From: Verrucomicrobiales bacterium
GTDB lineage: Bacteria; Verrucomicrobiota; Verrucomicrobiia; Verrucomicrobiales; V1-33
NCBI GenBank assembly: GCA_031411295.1
Contig: JANOAV010000089.1
Coordinates: 1-18,018, forward strand
Reading direction: 5' to 3'
DNA: 18,018 nt
The position numbers were made by a program, and so were the translations under genes. Positions 8,787 to 17,398 of the stretch are shown here, piece by piece (the first letter of the stretch is position 1; every line of letters starts with the position of its first letter). The notes under the pieces were generated by a model. The model ran no database searches, had not been told where the DNA came from, and saw only the letters and a list, made by a program, of their open reading frames with translations.

Positions 8787-9230
8787 CTATTCATCGTCCC
8801 ACACGAGGATGGCGCCCTGCGGATTCTCCTTCAGGTAGGCAACTCTGACGCGATCCCCCACTTTAACTCGATCGAAGGTGCTGCCGGAGATGGTCATGGT
8901 GAGGGTCTCGTAAGTGCCGAGATCGCGATTGGCCGCAACATTTCCGATGAGTTTATCCATCTTGGCGTCGAAGCTCTCTGGCTGGCCCGGCGGCGTGACG
9001 GGCATGGCGACGGTGGGCTTGGTCTTGGCAAAGAGCGCCACCTTCATGTTGTATTCGGTCTTCTTCCGTCGGCGTTCAGAGCTAAGCTCCAAGACGGTCG
9101 CATCGGTGCGGATCCCCTCCTTGAGGATTTTCTGGCGATCCAAACGCACTTTAACGATAATGCCTGCGATGGTAAGCAGAACGATGGCGCAAAAGGTGTA
9201 GAGGCTGTATCTTATTTTTTTCGGAGTCAT
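8787..9230 (-). CDS. Hypothetical membrane-anchored protein (N-terminal TM plus beta-rich domain, DUF3592-like)
   Basis: 147 aa. N-terminal hydrophobic helix, then GIRTDATVLEL and VKVGDRVRVAYLKENP, a pattern typical of DUF3592-like small proteins. Confidence 0.7.
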   Translation of the reverse strand: MTPKKIRYSLYTFCAIVLLTIAGIIVKVRLDRQKILKEGIRTDATVLELSSERRRKKTEYNMKVALFAKTKPTVAMPVTPPGQPESFDAKMDKLIGNVAANRDLGTYETLTMTISGSTFDRVKVGDRVRVAYLKENPQGAILVWDDE

Positions 9231-9332
9231 GCAGTAGGTGATGGGTGATGGGTGTCACCTCGTTCTGAATCATCTCCGCGGAAAAGTTTCTGGGAAAATA
9301 AAAAAAATCTCCCACGCGGCCAGAGCGACCGT

Positions 9333-9692
9333 TTAGGCAAAGTAAGTGTCCGCGTGATCGTAAGGCGGAGCGCAGCAGCAAAGGAACCGCAGTGGCTCTG
9401 CGCTGGTGGCGGTGATCTGATGCCAGGCCCCGGGCGGGATCAGGATGGCATCTCCGGGAACGACCACCCGAGTCACGCCATCGAGCTCCATCTGGCCCTG
9501 GCCTTCGAGGAGAAAGTATATTTCCTCTGAGACCTTGTGGTAGTGACGATCCGTGGCCTGCCCCAGCGTCAGCGTCGCTTCCGCTAACGATTGATGCTGC
9601 ACGGGGGCGTTGGTGCGGTCCAGAATGCTGCGAATGGTGGACCCGTCCTTGGTGGTGAAAGGAGTTTGCTGGGCAAGGGCTTGAATGATCAT
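9333..9692 (-). CDS. Cupin domain protein (Cupin_2 / mannose-6-phosphate isomerase-like)
   Basis: Cupin motifs HYHKVSEEIYFLLEGQG and PGDAILIPPGAWHQI. ATG at 9692 overlaps the aroD stop (ATGA), favoured over 9740. Confidence 0.88.
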   Translation of the reverse strand: MIIQALAQQTPFTTKDGSTIRSILDRTNAPVQHQSLAEATLTLGQATDRHYHKVSEEIYFLLEGQGQMELDGVTRVVVPGDAILIPPGAWHQITATSAEPLRFLCCCAPPYDHADTYFA

Positions 9693-10402
9693 GGCGAGTT
9701 GATTTCTTGCAGCAGTGACTTCAATCGGGCGGCGGGCCATTGCCCGGGCACGGTCGCAGCATCGAGATAGCCGTAATTAAAAATGGAGCCCACCTGGGCC
9801 AGGGTCAGTCGGGAAACTTTTCCGAGCGGCCCCATGCCCATGAGGGAAAGTGGAGGATGATCCGGCTGTCCCAGCAGTTCCACCAGCGTCGCCAAATCAT
9901 GCGGGGTTGCGAGCGTGGTGGCAAATTTAACCGCGTCCGCCCCGGCTGCGAGGGCTTGCTCCTGCAATCGCAGGAGTTCGGCCAGACTAGGGGTTCCATG
10001 AAAGTCATGGAATGAGGCCAGGAGGACCGCTGGGGATTGCTTTACCTCATGCACCAGCGGCTCCATTTCCTGAAGGGATGCGATTTCGATGTCAATAACA
10101 GCAGCGTGCGGCAGCAATGGCCGCAAGAGTTCCATGCGTTGCACTGCGGTGAGATTATTCTTTCCACCCTCGGCGGGGCAGCGCGCCGTCACGAGCAAGG
10201 GCAGTTCGAGCCCGAGAGCCTGAGCGCAGAGCACCTCGATGGCTTCCGGGAAATGGTCCAGGCGCAGCTCTAACAAATCCGCCTGCGCCAATGTGGCGAA
10301 CTCGTTGATTCTGTTCAGGCTGGAGATGGCGGAAATACTGCCCACCACGGAACTCCGGTGGAGGAGACCGCTTGCTTTTTTGGGAATACTCTGAACTATC
10401 AT
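9689..10402 (-). CDS. aroD: Type I 3-dehydroquinate dehydratase
   Basis: Motifs ADLLELRLD, LVTARCPAEGG, IDIE, ASFHDF, ADAVKFA (Schiff-base Lys), MGMGPLGKVSR and VPGQ; 237 aa. Confidence 0.9.
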   Translation of the reverse strand: MIVQSIPKKASGLLHRSSVVGSISAISSLNRINEFATLAQADLLELRLDHFPEAIEVLCAQALGLELPLLVTARCPAEGGKNNLTAVQRMELLRPLLPHAAVIDIEIASLQEMEPLVHEVKQSPAVLLASFHDFHGTPSLAELLRLQEQALAAGADAVKFATTLATPHDLATLVELLGQPDHPPLSLMGMGPLGKVSRLTLAQVGSIFNYGYLDAATVPGQWPAARLKSLLQEINSP

Positions 10403-10486
10403 AAATTAGTAATGTGGCGAGACACCGGTGCGGTGGCTCAACGCAAAATTTGCATCTCCCTTTTCCGAACCCCGTTCATTTGACCC

Positions 10487-11884
10487 ATGCTGGGCCGAAA
10501 GCAAGAATTCAACATCAAAATCAACGAAGTCCTCGACAGCCTCCTCCTGGCTCTCGCTGGGGTCATCAGTCATTGGTTACGCAGCAGTGCGCATAATGTT
10601 AGCTGGCTCCGCTGGGACACGATTCCACCATTGGAGGACTTCCTGTGGGTCATGGTCATCGTGGTCCCCTTCATGCCACTGCTGCTGGAACTGCAAGGCT
10701 ACTACAAGCACCCATCGCAGAAGACCGTTATCAAAAGTCTGCAGCAGTTACTCCAGGCCACCTTGTGGATCGGCTTAGCATTGGGCTGTTTGGCGATTTT
10801 CGCCAAGCGGGAAATCGGGGCTCGCGGATTCCTCCCCATTTATGCGGTCGTCGGTGCGGTGATGCTCCTTTCCAAGGAAGCTATTGTGCGGGCCTCCTTG
10901 AAACGCAGGTCTCGCAGTGGAGAGAAGTTGGAGCACGTGCTGCTGGTGGGTCCGCCTCAGGATGTGGAACGCTTCCTCAAGGAAATGCCGCCAGAGTTCG
11001 GCTTGGAATTGGAAATCGTCGGACGCATCGATATTACCCAGCAACCGATTTCCGATCTAGTGCTGGCGCTGCGAGAGAAGAATGTGGAACGGGTCTTCTT
11101 CGCCACCGCCCACGTTGAGTTCACCAGAATCGAGGAGGCCATCTCTGCCTGCGAAGTCATGGGGGTTGAGGTCTGGCTCTGGACTGGATTCATCCAGACT
11201 GCGATTGCCAAGCCAACGTTCGACACGCTGGGAAATCGTCCCATGATGGTCTTCCGCAGCACGCCCGACATCTCCTGGGCACTTTTGATTAAAGGCATCA
11301 TGGATAAGGTGGGCGCAATCGCGGGAATCGTCCTCCTGCTCATTCCGTGGGTCTTCATCTGGATCATTATCAGAATCAGCTCACCCGGCGGGCCGGTGAT
11401 TTTTTCCCAGAAACGCTGCGGTAAATATGGCAAGCCGTTCACGATGTATAAATTCCGCTCCATGGTCCCGGATGCCGAAGCCAAACGCTTGGCCTTAATG
11501 GACGAGAACCAAATGACGGGGCCAGTCTTCAAGGTCAAACGCGACCCTCGGATCTTCCCGTTCGGAAGATTCCTGCGCAACTCCAGTTTGGACGAGACCC
11601 CCCAACTCTTCAACGTCCTGCGGGGAGAAATGAGCTTGATCGGACCCCGACCGCTGGCCTACTATGAAGCGGAGAACGTCAACGACTCCGCGCAGCGACG
11701 GCGCTTCAGCGTCAAGCCCGGCCTCTCATGCCTCTGGCAGATCAGTGGCCGCAATAACATTACCGACTTCGCGGACTGGGTGCGTTTGGATTTGGAGTAT
11801 ATCGATAATTGGTCCATCTGGCTGGATATCAAAATTCTCATTTTAACCATTCCCGCCGTGCTCTTCACCAAGGGTGCGAAGTAA
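10487..11884 (+). CDS. Exopolysaccharide priming polyprenyl-phosphate glycosylphosphotransferase (WcaJ/CpsE-type sugar transferase)
   Basis: Four N-terminal TM helices, a central Rossmann-like segment, and a C-terminal bacterial sugar transferase domain: FSQKRCG, FTMYKFRSM, DPRI, SLDETPQLFNVLRGEMSLIGPRP, VKPGLSCLWQISGR, DLEYIDNWSIWLDIKIL. Confidence 0.93.
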   Translation: MLGRKQEFNIKINEVLDSLLLALAGVISHWLRSSAHNVSWLRWDTIPPLEDFLWVMVIVVPFMPLLLELQGYYKHPSQKTVIKSLQQLLQATLWIGLALGCLAIFAKREIGARGFLPIYAVVGAVMLLSKEAIVRASLKRRSRSGEKLEHVLLVGPPQDVERFLKEMPPEFGLELEIVGRIDITQQPISDLVLALREKNVERVFFATAHVEFTRIEEAISACEVMGVEVWLWTGFIQTAIAKPTFDTLGNRPMMVFRSTPDISWALLIKGIMDKVGAIAGIVLLLIPWVFIWIIIRISSPGGPVIFSQKRCGKYGKPFTMYKFRSMVPDAEAKRLALMDENQMTGPVFKVKRDPRIFPFGRFLRNSSLDETPQLFNVLRGEMSLIGPRPLAYYEAENVNDSAQRRRFSVKPGLSCLWQISGRNNITDFADWVRLDLEYIDNWSIWLDIKILILTIPAVLFTKGAK

Positions 11885-11992
11885 CCGTTCGCTTCCGCAT
11901 GGTCTCGGCAGCGCAAAACTTCCGCCTTCGCGCAGTTGCGGACAGCCACCGCTGGCTTGAGGTCTGCACTCCTTTTGTGTCTTCTTTTTTCT

Positions 11993-14900
11993 ATGAATTA
12001 TACCCTCTCCTCACGTCTCTCCGCATCCTTACTTCCCTTGCTTGCACTGAGCGCCACGGCTCAGGCCCAGGTCGCCAAACCGCTCTTCTCGAGTCCGGTG
12101 CTCACGAGCAAAAGCGCGGAACGCACGCTCCCAGTTGAGGTCGATCTCAAAGGCGCCAAGGAGTTGTATTTGGTTGTCAACGAAATGGAACAGGATTCCT
12201 GCGACTGGGCCGCCTGGCTGGAACCGCAACTAATCATGGCCGACGGCAAAACGGTCAATCTCACTTCCCTGAAATGGAAGTCCGCGCGGGCAAGCCACGG
12301 TCAACCTAACATGGGGAAGAACTACGAGGGCAAGCCGGTCAAAGTCGCGAATAAGGAATACGCCAACGCCATCGGGACTCATGCCGCTTCCGTGATTGCC
12401 TTCGATTTACCGCCAGGAGTCGTCCGCTTCAAAGCTCTGGTCGCCATTGACGATGGCGGGATGCAACGGAGTGGGAAACCAAGCGACGCTGACGTGAAAT
12501 TTCTCGTTTACACCCAAAATCCCGGAGAACGTCCGGGCGCCAGTGAGGAAGCTCCTGGAGTTACCGAGGTGCCCGTGGACCTGTTTACCGTGCCTGAAGG
12601 CCTGGAAGTGACGCTCTGGGCCAAGGCTCCAGCCTTGCGCAATCCCACGAACATCGATTTCGATGCCGCCGGCCGTCTCTACGTGGCCGAGGGCGTCAAC
12701 TACCGCGGCAAGGCGGGACGAGACAAGGACGGGGATCGCATCATCATTCTGGCGGATACGAAAGGAGCCGGGCAGGCTGATAGCAGCACGGTCTTCGTCC
12801 AGGAGAACGCCCTGGCTTCTCCGCTGGGAGTGGCCGTCTTCGATAATCAAATCGTCGTTTCCCAACCCCCGGACATGATCGTTTATACCGACGTGAATCG
12901 CGATGGCAAATTCGACGCTGCGGTGGATAAACGTGAAGTTCTGCTGACTGGGTTCGGCGGACGGCAGCACGACCACAGCCTCCACAGCGTAACCGCCGGT
13001 CCGGATGGTCAATGGTATTGGAACCAAGGCAACACGGGAGCCAACTTTAAGGATAAAGACGGCAAACAATTCTTTATGGGGAGCCCCTACATGATGGGTG
13101 ATATTGCCGGCAAGAAGAGCGACGATGGCAATGTCTGGATCGGTGGATTTACCGCCCGCATGAACCCTGATGGTCACGACGTCACCATCATTGGGCACAA
13201 TTATCGCAACAGCTATGAACAGACCATCAATTCGTTAGGCGATCTCTATCAGAGTGACAATGACGATCCCCCAGCCTGCCGAGTGACGCCAATTCTGGAA
13301 GGCGGCAACGCGGGCTTTGCTTCCGCCGATGGCAAGCGCTCCTGGGGCGCAGACAAACGCCCTGAACAAGACACCCCAACGGCCGAGTGGCGCCAGGAAG
13401 ATCCCGGCACCATGCCCGCAGGCGATGTCTATGGTGGCGGTTCCCCCACGGGCGTAGGTTTCTACGAAAATGGTGCCTTGGGCGAGCAATGGAACGGGCT
13501 CCTGCTTGCATGCGAAGCTGGCAAAAACGTTGTTTTCGGCTATCTACCCAAGCCTGATGGCGCGGGCTTCAAGCTGGAGCGGATGGATTTTCTAACATCA
13601 AACAAGGAGAAGGAATTTGCCGGCTCCGATTTCCTCGGCGGCAAGGCCAACGGGCAATTGAAGACCAAGTTCCGCCCCAGCGATGTCTGCGTGGGTCCAG
13701 ATGGAGCCCTCTACGTGGCCGACTGGTTCGATGCCCGCGTCGGTGGCCACGGCACGATGGATAACACCCTGGCGGGAGCCATCTACCGCATCGCGCCCAA
13801 GGGATTCAAATCCGTGGTGCCGAAAATTGACCTCAACACCACCGCGGGCCAAGTGACCGCATTGCTCAGCCCCGCAGCCAATCTGCGTTACAGCGGATTC
13901 ATCCGGCTCAAGGCCCAGGGCGAAAAAGCGGTGCCTGAAGTGGCGGCCATTCTGGCGCACAAAAACCCTTTCCTGGCGGCCCGTGCCGCCTGGCTCTTGG
14001 CTCAGATGGGTCCAACTGGCATCGCCAAAGTCACGCCATGGCTGGCCTCCGCCGATCCCGCGCAACGTCTCGTGGCCTACCGCACGCTGCGTCGGGCGAA
14101 ACATGACGTGCTCGCGATGGCCACCAAAATGGCGAGTGACGCCTCGCCCGCCGTGCGTCGCGAAGTCGCCCTAACCATGCGCACCGTGCCGGTGGCTCAA
14201 AGCCTGCCCGTGCTCATGAAAGTAGCTGAACAATTCGATGGCACCGACCGAACCTACCTGGAAGCATTCGGCCTCGGCTGCACCGGCAAGGAAGCTGAAG
14301 TGTATGCCGCTCTGGCCAAAACCATGGGCAGTGGCGCTCCAGCCACTTGGTCCGTGGCCTTCGCTGGCATTGCTTGGCGCCTGCATCCAGCTGCCGCAAC
14401 CTCAGGGCTGAAGGCTCGGGTCCTCGCAGAGAAACTCTCGCTCACGGAAAGAAAACGTATGCTCACCGGCTTGGCCTTCGTCAAAAGTCGCGAGGCTGCT
14501 GGAGCCATGATGGAACTGGCTAACAACAAAGATTTCCCGATGAAAGATTTGGCCAAATGGTGGCTGATGAATCGCAAGGGCAACGATTGGAAGGACTTCG
14601 ACATCGATGCGGGCCTGAAGGCACTGGGCCTGTATGATCCAGACAAAGTAAAATTGACCGCAGTTGAAATGCCCCCGGTTCCGGCTGATGCCCCCAAGTT
14701 GCCATCCCTGGCGGAGATCGCCAAGCTCCCTGGAGACGCCACCCGCGGCCAAGCCATGGCGGCCGCCTGTGCCAATTGCCACCGCATGGGCAACGCCGGC
14801 GTGGACTTCGGCCCCAACCTCACCACCTACGGCAAACAACAGCCAGCGGAGGTCATCATCAACGGGATCCTCAACCCTTCCGCCGATATTTCCCATGGCT

Positions 14901-15130
14901 TCGAAGGGAGCGAGATCAAGACCAAGGACGGCCTAACCATCACCGGCATGGTCCTTTCCGAAGGCGATCCTCTGATCATCAAATGCATGGGCGGCCTACT
15001 CCAGACCATTCCCCAAAGCCGGATCGCCAGCAGTAAGAAAATGGACAAATCCCTCATGTATCAACCCAGCCAACTGGGCCTGACCGCGCAAATGATCGCA
15101 GACATCGTGGCCCATTTGCAGAAGCTGTAG
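11993..15130 (+). CDS. PVC-type heme-binding CxxCH protein: signal peptide, NPCBM-like domain, putative dehydrogenase beta-propeller, HEAT-like repeats, cytochrome c
   Basis: Signal peptide ending ATAQA|Q. GTHAASVIAFDL NPCBM motif. FTVPEGLEVTLWA...NPTNIDFDAAGRLYVAE, HSLHSVTAGPDG, HNYRNSYE and FRPSDVCVGPDGALYVADW propeller motifs. Ala/Arg-rich helical repeats. GDATRG...CANCH (14768-14782)...GPNLT...ILNPSADI...SLM. ATG 11993 preferred over TTG 11936. Confidence 0.9.
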   Translation: MNYTLSSRLSASLLPLLALSATAQAQVAKPLFSSPVLTSKSAERTLPVEVDLKGAKELYLVVNEMEQDSCDWAAWLEPQLIMADGKTVNLTSLKWKSARASHGQPNMGKNYEGKPVKVANKEYANAIGTHAASVIAFDLPPGVVRFKALVAIDDGGMQRSGKPSDADVKFLVYTQNPGERPGASEEAPGVTEVPVDLFTVPEGLEVTLWAKAPALRNPTNIDFDAAGRLYVAEGVNYRGKAGRDKDGDRIIILADTKGAGQADSSTVFVQENALASPLGVAVFDNQIVVSQPPDMIVYTDVNRDGKFDAAVDKREVLLTGFGGRQHDHSLHSVTAGPDGQWYWNQGNTGANFKDKDGKQFFMGSPYMMGDIAGKKSDDGNVWIGGFTARMNPDGHDVTIIGHNYRNSYEQTINSLGDLYQSDNDDPPACRVTPILEGGNAGFASADGKRSWGADKRPEQDTPTAEWRQEDPGTMPAGDVYGGGSPTGVGFYENGALGEQWNGLLLACEAGKNVVFGYLPKPDGAGFKLERMDFLTSNKEKEFAGSDFLGGKANGQLKTKFRPSDVCVGPDGALYVADWFDARVGGHGTMDNTLAGAIYRIAPKGFKSVVPKIDLNTTAGQVTALLSPAANLRYSGFIRLKAQGEKAVPEVAAILAHKNPFLAARAAWLLAQMGPTGIAKVTPWLASADPAQRLVAYRTLRRAKHDVLAMATKMASDASPAVRREVALTMRTVPVAQSLPVLMKVAEQFDGTDRTYLEAFGLGCTGKEAEVYAALAKTMGSGAPATWSVAFAGIAWRLHPAAATSGLKARVLAEKLSLTERKRMLTGLAFVKSREAAGAMMELANNKDFPMKDLAKWWLMNRKGNDWKDFDIDAGLKALGLYDPDKVKLTAVEMPPVPADAPKLPSLAEIAKLPGDATRGQAMAAACANCHRMGNAGVDFGPNLTTYGKQQPAEVIINGILNPSADISHGFEGSEIKTKDGLTITGMVLSEGDPLIIKCMGGLLQTIPQSRIASSKKMDKSLMYQPSQLGLTAQMIADIVAHLQKL

Positions 15131-15173
15131 CAGAATCGATTGGACCCAACTAAAGCTGCATGAGCAGTCACCC

Positions 15174-15482
15174 CTACGGGCCTTTTTGCTGATCTCGCGG
15201 ATCCTGCTCTCGTCGGCACCTGCGTTTCCGATGCCAAGCATCGAGCAACTCCGAAAGTAACCCCCAGGCCATTCCGCCCCAGACCACAGCCAGCACCAAC
15301 ACCATATTGAACCCAAAAACGGTGCTCCCAGTTACTGACTGCCATGCTCCAAAACTCTCCACTCCGTTGGCGTAGGTTTTGCCCAGCAAGTAAATCAACA
15401 GTCCGCTCAAAGCCAAAAAGAACAGACAAAAGAGTCCGCGCTTAATGGTTCGAGTTTTAACGGACATAAAGCAACAAATCAC
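15174..15482 (-). CDS. Small hypothetical membrane protein (two TM helices)
   Basis: About 97-102 aa with two hydrophobic segments and a basic tail. GTG 15482 overlaps the upstream stop (GTGA); alternative ATG at 15467. Fills the gap between two convergent genes. Confidence 0.55.
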   Translation of the reverse strand: MICCFMSVKTRTIKRGLFCLFFLALSGLLIYLLGKTYANGVESFGAWQSVTGSTVFGFNMVLVLAVVWGGMAWGLLSELLDAWHRKRRCRREQDPRDQQKGP

Positions 15483-17143
15483 CCCTGGAAATACCCATCC
15501 AACTCATCCTTGAAATACGTCAGCGCATTCTTGATGGGAAGCGGCACGCCGCCGCCGAGGGCGCAGAGGGAGGTTTGTTCCATGGTTTCGAGGAGATCGT
15601 TGATGAGTTGACGATCGATCTTGAAGTCGCTTTCCGCACGAGCTTTGGCGATGAGTTCCTTGCCGCGCGTAGAACCGAGTCGGCAGGGGAAACATTTCCC
15701 GCAGGATTCATCGGCGGTGAATTGGAACAAGTGCTGGATGTATTCGATCATGGGGAGATCCGCCGGGATGCTCACCACGCCAGCATGCCCGAGCAGGAAA
15801 CCAGCCTTCTTGAACGATTCGAAGTCCACCGTGAGTTCTTCAATTTTAGACACTGGCAACATGCCGCCTAACGGGCCGCCGACTTGGATGGCCTTGATTT
15901 CGGATTTGAAGCCGCCGGCTAAATCAACCACCGTGCGCAAGGGAGTGCCCATGGCTACTTCGTAAATGCCGGGTTTCCCGAAATGGCTATCCAGGGAAAG
16001 GAGTTTCGGTCCGCTGCTATCTGATGTGCCGATGGCTCCGTAGGCCTTGCCGCCCATGGTTAGGATGGCGTGGAGATTGGCGAATGTTTCCACGTTGTTC
16101 ACGATGGTGGGCCGCCGGAACAAACCTTCCACCGTGGGGAACGGCGGACGCACGCGCACTTCCGGGCGTTGACCTTCCAAGGACGACAGCAGGGCGGTTT
16201 CCTCACCGCAAATGTAAGCCCCTGCGCCTTTGATGGCTTTGAAAATGAAATTGAATCCACTGCCCAGAATGTTATTCCCCAGTAATCCCGCCGCCGTTAG
16301 CTCCTGAATCGCAGCATCGATGATGCGCACCGAATCGGGATACTCCGCACGAATGTATAACACCCCTGCTTCAGCCCCTGCGAACCAACCGGCCACCATC
16401 ATGCCTAACAGCACACTGTGAGGTTGGATTTCCATCAAATATTTATCGATGTAGGCTCCGGGATCACCCTCGTCGGCATTGCACACGATGTATTTCACCG
16501 CGCCCTTGGCATCGCGACAGGATTGCCATTTGAAGTGCAGGGGGAAACCCGCACCGCCCCGACCACGGAGTTTGGCTTCCTTAAGTTCCGCCGCCAAGGC
16601 ATCCCGATTCCCTTCAGCCAGCAGCTTGCGGAATGGTTCATAGTAAGTATCCACCCCAGGAAAGGGAGCCGTGAGGATGGCAGGCTGCAAATGTGACACC
16701 ACCGCATATCGATCCGTGGCATCGCCCTCGCCCGTTTTGCACAGCGTATTGATCGCTTCCGGCTTCAGCCCGGAATAATTTTTCCCCTGATACTGAAACG
16801 CCCCGCCTTCATGGCACCGCCCCAGACAACAAATGTGACCGATTTCCTCCTCCTGGAAATTCTGCGCCAGATCATGGTGCAGCTTCTCCTGCGTCCGCGC
16901 ACAGAGACACGCGGAGCCATTGCAGACGAAGACCTTCTTGGAGGCATTTTCCTTTTTCAGAAAATCATAAGCGGACACCGCGCCCAGCGTCACTGCATCG
17001 CCAAAGAGCGATTCCTCACCCAGCTTGCGCACGGTGCCGGGCGTTTCGGCCGCGCCATCACGATCTGCCGCTTCGACCATGCGTTCGAAGAGGTTCTTGG
17101 CAATACCTTGGCGATAAGAAAGAGAGCTGAGATTTTGAGACAT
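15479..17143 (-). CDS. Fused NuoE/NuoF-like NAD(H) diaphorase subunit (NAD-dependent formate dehydrogenase gamma-beta / HoxF-like)
   Basis: N-terminal 2Fe-2S motif CNGSAC...CCLGRC. FMN/NADH motifs LRGRGGAGFP, CNADEGDPG, GAGAYICGEETAL, PPFP, NNVET. 4Fe-4S motif ESCGKCFPCRLG...SLCALG. 554 aa. Confidence 0.9.
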   Translation of the reverse strand: MSQNLSSLSYRQGIAKNLFERMVEAADRDGAAETPGTVRKLGEESLFGDAVTLGAVSAYDFLKKENASKKVFVCNGSACLCARTQEKLHHDLAQNFQEEEIGHICCLGRCHEGGAFQYQGKNYSGLKPEAINTLCKTGEGDATDRYAVVSHLQPAILTAPFPGVDTYYEPFRKLLAEGNRDALAAELKEAKLRGRGGAGFPLHFKWQSCRDAKGAVKYIVCNADEGDPGAYIDKYLMEIQPHSVLLGMMVAGWFAGAEAGVLYIRAEYPDSVRIIDAAIQELTAAGLLGNNILGSGFNFIFKAIKGAGAYICGEETALLSSLEGQRPEVRVRPPFPTVEGLFRRPTIVNNVETFANLHAILTMGGKAYGAIGTSDSSGPKLLSLDSHFGKPGIYEVAMGTPLRTVVDLAGGFKSEIKAIQVGGPLGGMLPVSKIEELTVDFESFKKAGFLLGHAGVVSIPADLPMIEYIQHLFQFTADESCGKCFPCRLGSTRGKELIAKARAESDFKIDRQLINDLLETMEQTSLCALGGGVPLPIKNALTYFKDELDGYFQG

Positions 17144-17157
17144 GCAGGAGAGGCAAT

Positions 17158-17187
17158 ATTTTAAAAGTGAACGAACACCGTATGCAA
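17158..17187 (-). promoter_or_regulatory. Candidate sigma70 promoter for the NuoEF-like gene
   Basis: Minus strand TTGCAT (17187-17182)-N18-TAAAAT (17163-17158), ending 14 nt before ATG 17143, in an AT-rich patch. Confidence 0.4.
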
Positions 17188-17398
17188 AAAGGACGCGGAG
17201 TAAAGCGCTTACCTCAGGTCCGAGAGCCTAAATCGCGCCCCATATCGATGGCCAATTTACGACATTTACGTCAAAGAATCACGAGTTGGGGCTGCAAGAC
17301 ATCCTCTGGAATTCTGTTTACCTACTGTCTGAATGGTGCTAGCAGTAACCGCTGCTCACTGGAAACAGGCTGAGGCAAACCTTCGCCAGCACAACTCT

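Noticed and set aside
8778..9248. Plus-strand 156-aa ORF and the 8914-9201 ORF
   Set aside because: They overlap the more protein-like minus-strand ORF 8787-9230 and read as antisense text.
15479..17143. Calling this complex I nuoF
   Set aside because: It is fused to a 2Fe-2S NuoE-like domain and no other nuo genes are adjacent; it fits a soluble dehydrogenase diaphorase better, so no symbol was given.
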